Positions 19,044 through 28,994 are shown, counted from the stretch's first letter. The stretch: DNA of 64,000 bases from an uncultured delta proteobacterium (GCA_963808235.1 CAWEEQ010000004.1:1984001-2048000), one strand, 5' to 3'. Notes: a model not told the origin generated them from the letters alone. Program-made: numbers and translations.

Positions 19044-20601
19044 TTACGGGCGCATCGTGCGCGTGCGAATCCCGAGTTGCGTCGGGACAATCTCGTACGC
19101 CTGATGCACCCAATCGACGAGGATCGGTCGCGTGTCGCGCGGATCGATTATCTCCTCGATTCCGAATGCCTCCGCGGTGCGCAGCGGGGAGCGCACTGCG
19201 TTGAACTTTTCCTCGAGCTCACGGCGCAACTTTTCCGGATCGCTCGACGCCGCCAGATCGCGCTTGTACGCCGCCTCGATTCCGCCTTCGATCGGCAACG
19301 ATCCCCAATCCGCCGACGGCCACGCGTAGCGCAGATTGAGTCCGCTGGTGACTCCATGCCCCGCGCCCGCGACGCCAAATGCCTTCCGCACCATGATCGC
19401 GACCCACGGCGTCGTCGTCTGGAACACCGCATACAGCGCGCGCACGCCGCGGCGGATCGTTCCCGCGATCTCGGCTTCGCGCCCGATCAGGAATCCCGGC
19501 TGATCGACAAAGTTGACCACCGGCAGATGAAACGTGTCGCAGAGATCGACGAACTTCACCATCTTGTCCGAGGCCGGCCCGTCGAGCGATCCGCCGATCG
19601 AAAACGGATCGTTGGCCATCACGCCGACCGGGAAACCGTCGAGCCGCGCGAATCCGGTGACCAGCGACGGCCCGAAAAACGGCGTCATCTCGAACCACGA
19701 ATCGCGATCCATCACCAGTTCCACGATTCGCCGCGCGTCGTAACCATGACGCCGGTTGCGCGGCACGATGCTGATCAACTCCTCTTCGCGCCGGGCCGGA
19801 TCGTCGTCGGGCGTTGACTCGCGGCGGCGTCTGCCACACGCTTTGCGGCAGATATGAAAGGAAGCGCCGAATCTGCGCGAACGCATCGTCTTCGCTCTCG
19901 GCTTCATTGTCGATCGCGCCGCTCATATGCGCGTGAATATCCGCGCCGCCGAGTTCCTCCTTGTTGAGATCCTCGCCGACGCCCCATTTGACCACCGGCG
20001 GTCCCGCGACAAACATCTGGCTCGTCCCGCGGATCATCACCGAGAAATGCGACGCCGCCACTCGCGCCGCGCCGATACCCGCCACCGAGCCCATGCATCC
20101 CGCGACCACTGGCACTTCACCCATCAGCTTCACCAGCACGTCGAACGCGGGATTCGCCGGCACGTAAGTTCGATTCGTCGTTTCGAACGTCTTCACGCTG
20201 CCCCCGCCGCCGGTCCCGTCGACTAGCCTGATGATCGGCAGATGCAGCTCATGCGCGATCAGCTCGGCGTAGCCGCGCTTGTTGCCGATCGACGCGTCCG
20301 CCGCGCCGCCGCGCACCGTAAAGTCGTCGCCGCCGACCACTACGCGCCGCCCGTTGATTCGCCCCATCCCGCCGACGAAGTTCGCCGGCATCAACGAAAC
20401 CAGCGTCTGGCCCTCGTATTTCGGTGCACCGGCGAGCGTGCCGTACTCATGAAACGATCCCGGGTCGAGCAGTTTCTCGATCCGTTCGCGCACCGTGAGC
20501 TTGCCGCCGTCATGCTGGCGCTTGATATTGTCCGCGCCGCCCATCCCTTTCGCGATCTCGATCCGGCGGCGAATTTCTTCGACTTCTTTCTCCCACGACA
20601 T
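19044..20601 (-). CDS. Acyl-CoA carboxylase carboxyltransferase subunit, split by a +1 frameshift near 19810 (probable sequencing error)
   Basis: N-half GKLTVRERI, DDFTVRGG, FVAGPPVV; C-half ARLDGFPVGVMAN, VDQPGF, IIDPRDTR in another frame; removing one base of GGG 19809-19811 restores the frame. Confidence 0.85.
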
Positions 20602-20671
20602 ACGATTCTCCTCACAGACGCGATTTCTGATCCTATAAACCACGCCGATGCTTTCCACAAAAGCGAATTCA

Positions 20672-20888
20672 CTTAATTGAAATGTGAAACCCGCGATGGG
20701 TTTCACGCTTCCTTCGGCAGGGGTGACCCCTGCACCCAATGTTCAGAGAAGATGCGGGACTTCGTCCCTGTTAGAACTGGTTGTGGAGGAGGTTGAGGGT
20801 CCGGCTCTCTACCTCGCCCGTTACTTTACGGGAGAGGCGGCCGGCCGCATCGCGGCCGGTAGGTGAGGGTTCTGCGATCCCATCACAA
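20672..20888. repeat. Composite multi-hairpin repeat element, copy 1 (inverted homolog at 44461-44637)
   Basis: Hairpins GTGAAACCC/GGGTTTCAC, GCAGGGG/CCCCTGC, GGGAC/GTCCC and CCTCGCCCGT/ACGGGAGAGG, ending GGTAGGTGAGGG. Confidence 0.85.
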
Positions 20889-20893
20889 CTCAC

Positions 20894-20960
20894 TTGCTAA
20901 CTTTTTGTGTCGCTCTCTTCTTGTGTCATTCTAGAGCGAAGCGAAGAATCCCGGATCTTC
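20894..20960. repeat. TGTCATTC...GAGCGAAGC-type REP-like unit
   Basis: TTGTGTCATTCTAGAGCGAAGCGAAGAATCCCGGATCTT matches TTGTGTCATTCCGAGCGAAGCCGAGGAACCCCGGATCTT near 40891. Confidence 0.75.
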
Positions 20961-21036
20961 GAATTTGCGCAATTGACGTCAAATTCTGAAGACGCGATCA
21001 GAAATGGCGCTGCCTTGCTGAGTTATTTCGCAAATA

Positions 21037-21052
21037 TGTTTCACGTGAAACA
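21037..21052. promoter_or_regulatory. parS: parS centromere-like site (ParB binding)
   Basis: Perfect 16-bp consensus palindrome TGTTTCACGTGAAACA, extendable to 18 bp, intergenic. Confidence 0.85.
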
Positions 21053-21077
21053 TTGCTCAAATCGGTCAGTCCCTCCG

Positions 21078-21127
21078 GGAGAACGAAACACGAATGCCAA
21101 GTTAGTTCAGGAGAACGAATCACGAAT
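21078..21127. promoter_or_regulatory. Two 18-bp direct repeats, each containing GAAC-N7-GAAT (LexA-box-like)
   Basis: GGAGAACGAAACACGAAT (21078-21095) and GGAGAACGAATCACGAAT (21110-21127), period 32 bp. Confidence 0.45.
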
Positions 21128-21150
21128 AGTGGCTTGATGAGAGTAAGCCA

Positions 21151-21213
21151 ACCTCTTTGCGTGAGCGGGAGAGAAAGGTGGCTGGTAGGTGAGGGTTCTG
21201 CACGGCATCACAA
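21151..21213. repeat. Degenerate CCTC...GGGAGAG...GGTGAGGG REP-like unit
   Basis: GGTAGGTGAGGGTTCTGC..CATCACAA at 21184-21213 repeats 20858-20888. Confidence 0.7.
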
Positions 21214-21256
21214 AAGCACGACGGAGATGCTGGCTCGGGCCACTAATGCCCACTTG

Positions 21257-23411
21257 CTACGTCGGACATGCTCCGAAGCTTTGCAGGATTGCCGTCAAAT
21301 CGGCCTGGTTGGTCAGGCCGTCCAGGTTAACGTCGGCCCAGCTGGAAAGCCCGAGCGAGAGGTCCGCGAACATCGTCCATTGCCCGATATCCGCCAGGTT
21401 CACGACCCCATCGAGGTTGATGTCGGCGGGGCACGCAGGCTGCGACGCGAGGAGTGTCTTGAGCTGCACCGTTAACGCGTCGTAGTTCTTCTGCTGCTTC
21501 GAGTTGAGCTTTGCTCCGTTTGCCAGCAGGTCGGAATTTGCGATGTCGAGCTTCGGTACCGGAACATTTTCGTTGATCCTGTAAAACTCCGTGGAGGTCG
21601 TAGCCAGGCACGCGTCGGAGGTTGCGTCATAGGCTTGGTACTTATTGACCACCAGCTTGTATTGATCGTTGCGGATACCGTACGCCTGCAGCGGGTAGAT
21701 GTCGGTTACAATTGGCTGCGAGTGGTTGGCCTGCCAGACCGCCACGTCACAGCACATCGTTAATCCATCGGACGGAATCCCCGCGGTGCTGGGGTCTGTG
21801 GCGCCGGCGCCCCACCATATTCCGTTGTTGTCCTCGCACACGCCTTTGGTGGGAGCGATCTGTGTGCAGGTGGTCGTATTGTATTGGCAGGGACCGTTGA
21901 TTGAGCCACCGGCGTGCAGGTTAGTGCCGATCTCCGTGTAGTTCGTTTTGCGGATGCTCGCCTGTGCCGGGTTGAGAAGATACGGAAGCATCGACTGCGC
22001 GTCGACGGTCCGTGAAACGCTCGCGTGCACGTCGATGCCGGCCAGCTCGCCGAACAGTTGATAGAGGTCCACGATGTTGACCATCGCGTTCACCTTGCGG
22101 CCGGGCGCCTTGACTGCCGGACCCGCGACGATCCCCGGACACCATACGCCGGTCTGATAGACCGTAGATTTCGCGCGGAAGGGATCGAACGGCGGCTTCA
22201 CTGCGGCCGGCGTACTTCCGTTGTCGGTAACAAAGATGACGTAAGTGCCGGTTTCTTTCGGGTGATAGATTAGATGGCCATTCGGGCCGAGGCTGGCTAG
22301 TCCGGTCGATACCAGAAGATGCTCGACGTTCATATCGAGCGCTTCTTCCATCTGGTTGGTCAGGACTCTTTGTTGAATCGAGTTGGTGCAGTCGAGATTG
22401 CTGGTGTCCGCTTCTGTTGAAGGCAGCAATTGACTCGGCGGTTGCATCACCGGGGTGTGTGCTGTCGCGAACGCAACGCTCGCCATCCACGGCTGGCCCT
22501 GCCGGCTGTCCGTTGATCCACGCGATCGCGGCGTCAACCGCTTCGGTACCTCGATAGGTCCGCGCTCGAATGTCAGTCGATGGCACCTGCTCGACCGATC
22601 CATCCTCGTTGTTGATCACCAGCGGCGAAACGTAATGCCCACTTAGCGTGGCAAAATTGATGTAGCCGGGGACCGGATTACTGCACGGCTGATTTGGATC
22701 GAAGATGCCACCACTGTCTCGACAGACGCGGCCGGGCGCCTCCGTCCCGGATTTAGTCATCACCTCGCAAGCGTTATCGGCAGCGTAGCAGGCGCCCGTA
22801 TCCGCGCCGCCACCGGCGGCGTCCCGAACGAAGCCGCAAGACCAGGTGCCAGCCGGAGACACGCCGCCGGCAGTTTCATCGATCGACGAGGGATCGCCGG
22901 TGTCGTCCAGCCAGCCATCGTAGTGATCCCATCCTTGCGCCCGTACCATGCCGTAGCCGTAAGGGTTGTTGTTCTGGATCCCCATATGGAATTTGCCGAA
23001 TAGCGCGCTCTTGTAACCGCGCTGCTTGAGCAGTTGGGGCACGGTTACTTCGTTCGGGTTGACCTGGAAGTTCGCGAGATCGTTGGTACCGATCGCGGTA
23101 AAGACGTGAGTGCGGAATGGGTAACGGCCGGTGAAAAGCGCGGCGCGCCCGTTCGAGCACGCCGGCATCGCCCAGAGATTGTTAAATGTGATCCCGGCCT
23201 GCGCGATGGTGGCGATATTCGGCATCGCCGCCGCGGTAGGGCCGCCGTACCCGAACAGTTGCCATTGGTCGATGCCGATATCGTCCATGACGATAAGCAG
23301 GATATTGGGCGGTTGTTTGCTGGCGGCGTGAGCTGGCTTGGTACCGATCCCAACCGCGACCATCGCAAGCATCGAAGCAAGCGCGAGCAGACCAGTCCGT
23401 TTTAGCGGCAT
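21257..23411 (-). CDS. Secreted sulfatase-like (alkaline phosphatase superfamily) protein with C-terminal dockerin-like double EF-hand; +1 frameshift near 22498
   Basis: Signal peptide; PNILLIVMDDIG, CSNGRAALFTGRYP, FGKFH; after the shift AHTP, TDNG, ADINLDG..ADVNLDG; removing one C of CCC 22497-22499 joins the frames. Confidence 0.8.
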
Positions 23412-23678
23412 TACCTAACCTCATCGGAATCGGACTCCGCACAATTGGCGGATCGATCTCGAAGCCGATCATTCCCACTGCGCAGCAGCCCTATCTAGAG
23501 AACAATTCGCCAGTGACTATTAGAGGCAACCGTAGACCGACCGATGCGACCTGTTCAGTCTCGCGAAGAACCGCGAGGAAGTGCGTCTCAGATGGGACTG
23601 TCGGACTTAAGAGCCTGTTCCGCGACTTGATCGACCTTCCGTTCTTTACCTGTTACGTTCAATAATTATCGCTCCCAT

Positions 23679-25100
23679 ATGACTGCTGCGCTCACAAACT
23701 CGAACACGAACACCGGTTCATCCAATCGACGCGCCGAGACGCCGAATCCGCGGCATGCGACGCTCTCCGGATGGGGCCGCTACCCACTTTCTGAAAGCGA
23801 CATCTATCGGCCCGAGAAAATCGCCGAGCTCCAGGCGATCGTCGCCGCCGACACGACCTCGCTGATTGCGCGCGGCGCGGGCCGCGCATACGGCGACGCG
23901 GCCCTTAACGATCAGAATCGGGTCATCGATTTGACCCGGCTTAACCGGATGCTCTCCTTCGACCCGGAGTCATGCCTGCTCCGATGCGAGGCCGGCGTCA
24001 CGATCGCCGAGATAATCGACGTGTTCATCCCGCGTGGCTATTTTCCGCCGGTCACACCGGGCACGCGCTTCGTCACGATGGGCGGATCGATCGCCGCCGA
24101 CGTTCACGGCAAGAATCATCACCGCGACTCCTCGCTCGCAGCTCACGTGATCAGTTTCGACCTGATGCTCGCGTCGGGCGAAGTCCAGCGATGCTCTCGC
24201 GAGGAAAACTCGGCGCTGTTCTGGGCCACGGTCGGCGGGATGGGTTTAACTGGCGTCATCCTGGAACTTGAAGTGAGGCTGCGGCGCGTCGAAAGCGCAT
24301 ATCTCGATGGAGAATTGATTCGAGCGCACAATATCGACGCGGCGATCGAAGCCTTCGAGCGGATCGACTCGCAATATGGCTACTCGGTCGCATGGATCGA
24401 TTGCGCGATCGGCAAGAGCGCGCTCGGCCGCTCGATTCTGAACGTCGGCAATTTCGCGACGCTCGACCAGCTTCCCAAAAAACTTGCCCAGGACCCGCTC
24501 AATACGGCGCCGCGGCCGAGCCCAATCCTGCCATTCGATCTTCCCGGATTCGTGCTGAATCCGCTCACCGTCAAGGCGTTCAACGCGGCCGTTTGGATGT
24601 TTCATCGCAATCGCGCGGCGCACGCGACTTTCGACTGGGACAGTTTCTTCTATCCGCTGGATTCGATTCGCAACTGGAATGGGATGTACGGCAAGCGCGG
24701 CTTCGTGCAGTACCAATGCGTGTGGCCGCCGGACGAGAGCCGCGCCGGGCTTATCGAAACGCTCGAAGCGATAAGCCGGAGCCGGCGCTCGTCGCTTATC
24801 GCGGTGCTGAAGAAATTCGGCGAGCAGGACGGCCTGCTCTCCTTCCCGATGCCCGGCTACACGCTCGCCCTCGACTTCCCGGTCACCGACGGATTGCTCG
24901 AGTTTCTCGATTCTCTCGATGCGATGGTTCTCAAGCGCGGCGGCCGGGTCTACCTCGCGAAGGACGCGCGCATGCGGCCCGAGACGTTCCGCGCGATGTA
25001 TCCGAATCTCGGGATATGGCAGGCGGCGAAAACCATCGCCGACCGCAACGATCGATTCTCGTCGAGCCTCTCGCGCCGGCTCGGCATGTATCCAGCTTAG
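23679..25100 (+). CDS. FAD-linked oxidoreductase, DprE1-like (polyprenyl-phosphoribose 2'-oxidase family)
   Basis: RGAGRAYGDAA, PVTPGTRFVTMGGSIAADVHGKNHH, YSVAWID, FFYPLD, GRVYLAKD. Confidence 0.85.
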   Translation: MTAALTNSNTNTGSSNRRAETPNPRHATLSGWGRYPLSESDIYRPEKIAELQAIVAADTTSLIARGAGRAYGDAALNDQNRVIDLTRLNRMLSFDPESCLLRCEAGVTIAEIIDVFIPRGYFPPVTPGTRFVTMGGSIAADVHGKNHHRDSSLAAHVISFDLMLASGEVQRCSREENSALFWATVGGMGLTGVILELEVRLRRVESAYLDGELIRAHNIDAAIEAFERIDSQYGYSVAWIDCAIGKSALGRSILNVGNFATLDQLPKKLAQDPLNTAPRPSPILPFDLPGFVLNPLTVKAFNAAVWMFHRNRAAHATFDWDSFFYPLDSIRNWNGMYGKRGFVQYQCVWPPDESRAGLIETLEAISRSRRSSLIAVLKKFGEQDGLLSFPMPGYTLALDFPVTDGLLEFLDSLDAMVLKRGGRVYLAKDARMRPETFRAMYPNLGIWQAAKTIADRNDRFSSSLSRRLGMYPA

Positions 25101-25125
25101 TCGAAAGGCTTCACACCGTACTGCG

Positions 25126-25864
25126 ATGCAAAAAATCCTGATTCTCGGCGCCACCAGTCCTATCGCGCGAGGACTCGCGCTTAAATTTGCTTGCGACGGA
25201 GCCCGGCTGTACCTCGCGGCGCGCGACACGAATGAAGCCCGACGAGTTGCCGAAGACGTCGGCGTTCGCGGCGGTATCCCTGCACTGTCCGGGAACCTTC
25301 GATGCGTCGGGCTTCGCCTCGCACGACGAGTTTATCCGTCACGCCGCGACCGACCTCGGCGGACTCGACGGTGTCGTCGTTTGCTTCGGCACTCTCGGCG
25401 ACGAGGATGCGGCCCAAGCCGATCCCGACGCAGCGCTCGCGACGTTGCATCAGAATTTCACCGGCGCGGTGTCGCTGATCACGCTCGCCGCCCGCCATCT
25501 CGAGCAACAACGTTCCGGGTTCATCATCGTGATCGGATCGGTCGCGGGCGAACGTGGCCGCGCGAAGAATTATGTGTACGGCTCTGCCAAAGGCGCGCTC
25601 GCGATCTTCGCGCAGGGACTCCGCGGACGCCTCGCCAAGAGCAACGTGCACGTGATGACCGTGAAGCTCGGCACCGTCGACACTCGCATGACCTGGGGAC
25701 GCGACGGCGCGATGCTCACTATTCCGCCCGCCAGGGCCGCCGACCTAATCTATGCGGCGTATCGCAAGCGCGCCGAAGTCGTATATGTGCCGTGGTTCTG
25801 GCGCTACATCATGGGCGCGATTCGGCTGATCCCCGAGAGCCGCTTCAAGCGCGTCGGCTTCTGA
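25126..25864 (+). CDS. SDR oxidoreductase, DprE2-like; +1 frameshift near 25292
   Basis: ILILGATSPIA, then in another frame GSVAGERGRAKNYVYGSAK and KLGTVDTRMT; removing one G of GGG 25291-25293 restores the frame. Confidence 0.82.
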
Positions 25865-25916
25865 ACATTGCAATCTGGGGCGCGAGGCTGGAAAGATTCC
25901 CCCTGCGAGGTTGAAG

Positions 25917-27242
25917 ATGAAAGTCAAGTTTGTAGCGGCCGCAATTGTAGCTCTGGCGAGTCTCGCCAGTGCGGGCTCTCCGAGCGCCGGCGTCAGTCCC
26001 GGAGATACGATCACGAAGGATCAGGCCGACAAAGTCGCGGACCTCGTGAGTCCGGGGAATCTCCTTCTCGTGAGGCAGGGGATGACGATGAAGATCGTGC
26101 CGAGCGAACGCCTCGAGTGGCCGCCTCCGTACAAGTCCGCGACCGAGAAGTATTCGCCGCAGGTGAGTCTCGCGCCCGATGGGTCGCTCAAGGGCTACTC
26201 GGCCGGGCTGCCGTTCCCGCTGGTCGACGCGAACGATCCGAACGCGGCGCTGAAAGTGATGTGGAATTTCAGCTACCGGCCGCTTTACACCGACGACGCG
26301 ATTTCCAAGAACGTCGAGCTGGCAAGCTTCCGTCCGGGCTCGACGCCCGCCGATCCGGTCGAGCATTTCACCATCGGCAACGTGGGCTTCTACAACAACA
26401 CCGGCCGCACCGAGGTCAATCCCATCCCGACCAATCCGGATGCGACCTCGGCGGGAATCCGCTATCGCTTCGGCGCGTACCCGTTTCTCGAACCTTCGGA
26501 GATGCGCGGCTTCGGCTTCATCCGCTATCGCAATCTGGATCCGAAGATCGAGGACAACAGCTGGATGTACAATCGGCGCTCGCGGCACGTGATGCGGGCA
26601 TCGGCCACCGAACTTTCTGATGTCCTGGGACAGTACGATGCGGGCGCGGGCGCTTCAGGAGCGGGCGCCGCGACCTATGCGAGCAACCTGGATCCGGATT
26701 CGTTCTTCGGCTTCGCGGCCAAGATCGAGGATTTCAGTTACAAGTTTCTCGGTGAAAAGCCGATGCTCGCGGTTGTGAACGCCGCGAACTCTCCCGCGAA
26801 ATTGTGCGACAGCGACGGCGGACGAACCATCTGCCCGGAGAACTGGGAGATGCGCCAGCTCTACGTGATCGAAGCCGATGCCAAGCGGACCTCGATGCTC
26901 GGTACCGAGGTTTCGATTCCGAAGCGAATCTTCTATATCGACTCGGAGGGATGGTTCATCACCGCGTCGGATCAATACGATCGCGACGGCAAACTGTGGA
27001 AGACGGTCGCGACCTTCAACGCGTACCGCGACCGGCCGATACCCAGCGCTCGGGTCGCCATCTGGCCGTTCAAGCGGATGTTCCAGACCGCGCTGGTCGA
27101 TGAAGACGTCGTGACCGGCTTCTCAACCGTCGAGCTATCGCCGGGATTTGAGACAGAGGAGCACGAAAGCTGGTACATCAATATGGGAATCGCGACCGAC
27201 AATTTTTTTAATCCCGTGACGATGTCCAACGCGGCGCACTAG
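25917..27242 (+). CDS. DUF1329-family exported protein (LolA-like fold)
   Basis: Signal peptide; GLPFP, NWEMRQLYVIEA, KRIFYID, DQYDRDGKLWK. Confidence 0.8.
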   Translation: MKVKFVAAAIVALASLASAGSPSAGVSPGDTITKDQADKVADLVSPGNLLLVRQGMTMKIVPSERLEWPPPYKSATEKYSPQVSLAPDGSLKGYSAGLPFPLVDANDPNAALKVMWNFSYRPLYTDDAISKNVELASFRPGSTPADPVEHFTIGNVGFYNNTGRTEVNPIPTNPDATSAGIRYRFGAYPFLEPSEMRGFGFIRYRNLDPKIEDNSWMYNRRSRHVMRASATELSDVLGQYDAGAGASGAGAATYASNLDPDSFFGFAAKIEDFSYKFLGEKPMLAVVNAANSPAKLCDSDGGRTICPENWEMRQLYVIEADAKRTSMLGTEVSIPKRIFYIDSEGWFITASDQYDRDGKLWKTVATFNAYRDRPIPSARVAIWPFKRMFQTALVDEDVVTGFSTVELSPGFETEEHESWYINMGIATDNFFNPVTMSNAAH

Positions 27243-27265
27243 CAGACGTATACGGAGTCATCATC

Positions 27266-28441
27266 ATGTCCACCACTCACGAGCAGATCCAGAAACTGAA
27301 ATTCACCGGCGCGGTCGATGCCGACGGACACATCCTCGAGGACGCCGGACTCTGGGATCGTTACATCGAACCAAAGTACAAAGATCGCGCCGTCAGGGTT
27401 CGTCTCGACAGCAAGGGCCTCGAATTTCTCGAGATCGCGGGGCAGCCGTCGAAAATTTTCCACAGCGGACGACTCGGCGGGCTCTCCGCGATGGGCGTCA
27501 CGCGCGACGACAAATTCCAGAGTCGGCCGACTTACGGCGGCTCAGCGCCGTTCGGCGCGATGGACGCCAAGGAGCGCCTCGCGAGAATCGATGCCGAAGG
27601 ACTCGCCGCCGCGTTCCTCTATCCCACCATGAGCCTGCTCTGGGAGACCGAGACCGAAGACGCCGAACTCGCGCAGGCTTACACCCGCGCCTACAATCGC
27701 TATATCGTGGACTTCTGCTCTGAGAGCCATGGCCGGCTGATTCCGATCGCGCATCTTTCGCTTGGCGATCCGAAAGCAGCCGCTGTCGAACTCGAGCGCG
27801 CCGTGAAACAGGGATGCAAAGGCGGATGGGTCGCGCAGTTCGTGATGACCCGCAAGCCGCATGCGCATCCCGATCATGACGTGCTGTTCGCCAAGGCCCA
27901 GGAGCTCGACGTGCCGATCGGAATTCATCCTTCGCTCGAACCGGTCTGGGCGATGCCCGGCCGCTACGACTACAACAAATATATGCGCGGGCAATTCTAC
28001 TTCCTGAACGTGACCGCCGCCGACGCGATTCGGCACGCGTTCACCAGTTTTTTCCAGTACGGCACCTTCGACAAATTCCCGAAACTGCGCTTGGTGCTGC
28101 TCGAGGCGGGTGCAGGATGGATCGACTACTGGCTCGGCCGCCTCGACGCAGTCTACGCGACTGCGATGGGCCGCACGGTGCCGCTCAAGGAGAAGCCGAG
28201 TTTCTACTTCAATCGCAATTGCTGGATCTCTGCCGATCCCGACGAGCGCTCGCTGCCCGCGATGGTCGATCTGTGCGGCGCCGACAAATTTTTCTGGGCG
28301 TCAGACTTTCCGCATCCCGATCACGTCGGTAACTACATCGAGGAGGTCGAAGAACTCGCGCACAAGCTGAAACCCGACGCGCGCGCCAAAGTGATGGGCG
28401 AGAACGTGATGAAGGTGTACAACTGCTCGCTCCCGCGCTGA
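27266..28441 (+). CDS. Amidohydrolase-2 family metal-dependent hydrolase
   Basis: DADGHILE, LYPT, IGIHP, LEAGAGW and WASDFPHPD. Confidence 0.9.
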   Translation: MSTTHEQIQKLKFTGAVDADGHILEDAGLWDRYIEPKYKDRAVRVRLDSKGLEFLEIAGQPSKIFHSGRLGGLSAMGVTRDDKFQSRPTYGGSAPFGAMDAKERLARIDAEGLAAAFLYPTMSLLWETETEDAELAQAYTRAYNRYIVDFCSESHGRLIPIAHLSLGDPKAAAVELERAVKQGCKGGWVAQFVMTRKPHAHPDHDVLFAKAQELDVPIGIHPSLEPVWAMPGRYDYNKYMRGQFYFLNVTAADAIRHAFTSFFQYGTFDKFPKLRLVLLEAGAGWIDYWLGRLDAVYATAMGRTVPLKEKPSFYFNRNCWISADPDERSLPAMVDLCGADKFFWASDFPHPDHVGNYIEEVEELAHKLKPDARAKVMGENVMKVYNCSLPR

Positions 28442-28448
28442 TACAAAT

Positions 28449-28994
28449 TTGAAACGATACATCGTGACCGGCACCCCCGGTTCCGGAAAAACTTCAATTA
28501 TCCGATGCCTGGAAATCGCCGGTTACCACGTCGTGGAAGAAGCCGCGACTGACCTCATCGCTCTGCGCCAAGCGCAAGGCATCTCCGAACCACACACGCA
28601 CCCCTCTTTCATCGATGACATCACCAACCTGCAAAAGCAGCGGCAGATGCAAGCATCCGACCTGGCTTCAACAATCCAATTTTTCGACCGCTCGCCTATA
28701 TGCACCTATGCACTCAGCACCTGGCTCGGATATCCAATCTCGATAACTCTCTCCAACGAAATGGAACGCACAAAGGAAGAGCAAATTTATCAGCGGCAGG
28801 TGTTCTTCATCGAGAACCTTGGATTCTGCGAGCCCACCCAGGCAAGAAGAATCAGCTTCGAGGATTCGCTACGATTCGAAAAACTTCACGAAGAAACCTA
28901 CCGCTCCTTCGGCTACGAAATCGTGAAAGTCGCGCCGCAAGAGTTATCCGACCGAGTGGAAAAAATTAAACGCTACGTCTCCGCCCTTACCTAG
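28449..28994 (+). CDS. Small P-loop ATPase (AAA_28/NadR-like)
   Basis: Walker A GTPGSGKT, EEAA, FFDRSPIC; TTG start; visibly lower GC than its neighbours. Confidence 0.8.
   Translation: MKRYIVTGTPGSGKTSIIRCLEIAGYHVVEEAATDLIALRQAQGISEPHTHPSFIDDITNLQKQRQMQASDLASTIQFFDRSPICTYALSTWLGYPISITLSNEMERTKEEQIYQRQVFFIENLGFCEPTQARRISFEDSLRFEKLHEETYRSFGYEIVKVAPQELSDRVEKIKRYVSALT

Noticed and set aside
19809-25293. Programmed ribosomal frameshifting or true pseudogenes
   Set aside because: No slippery heptamers or shared stimulators; these families are not known to be recoded; homopolymer error is simpler
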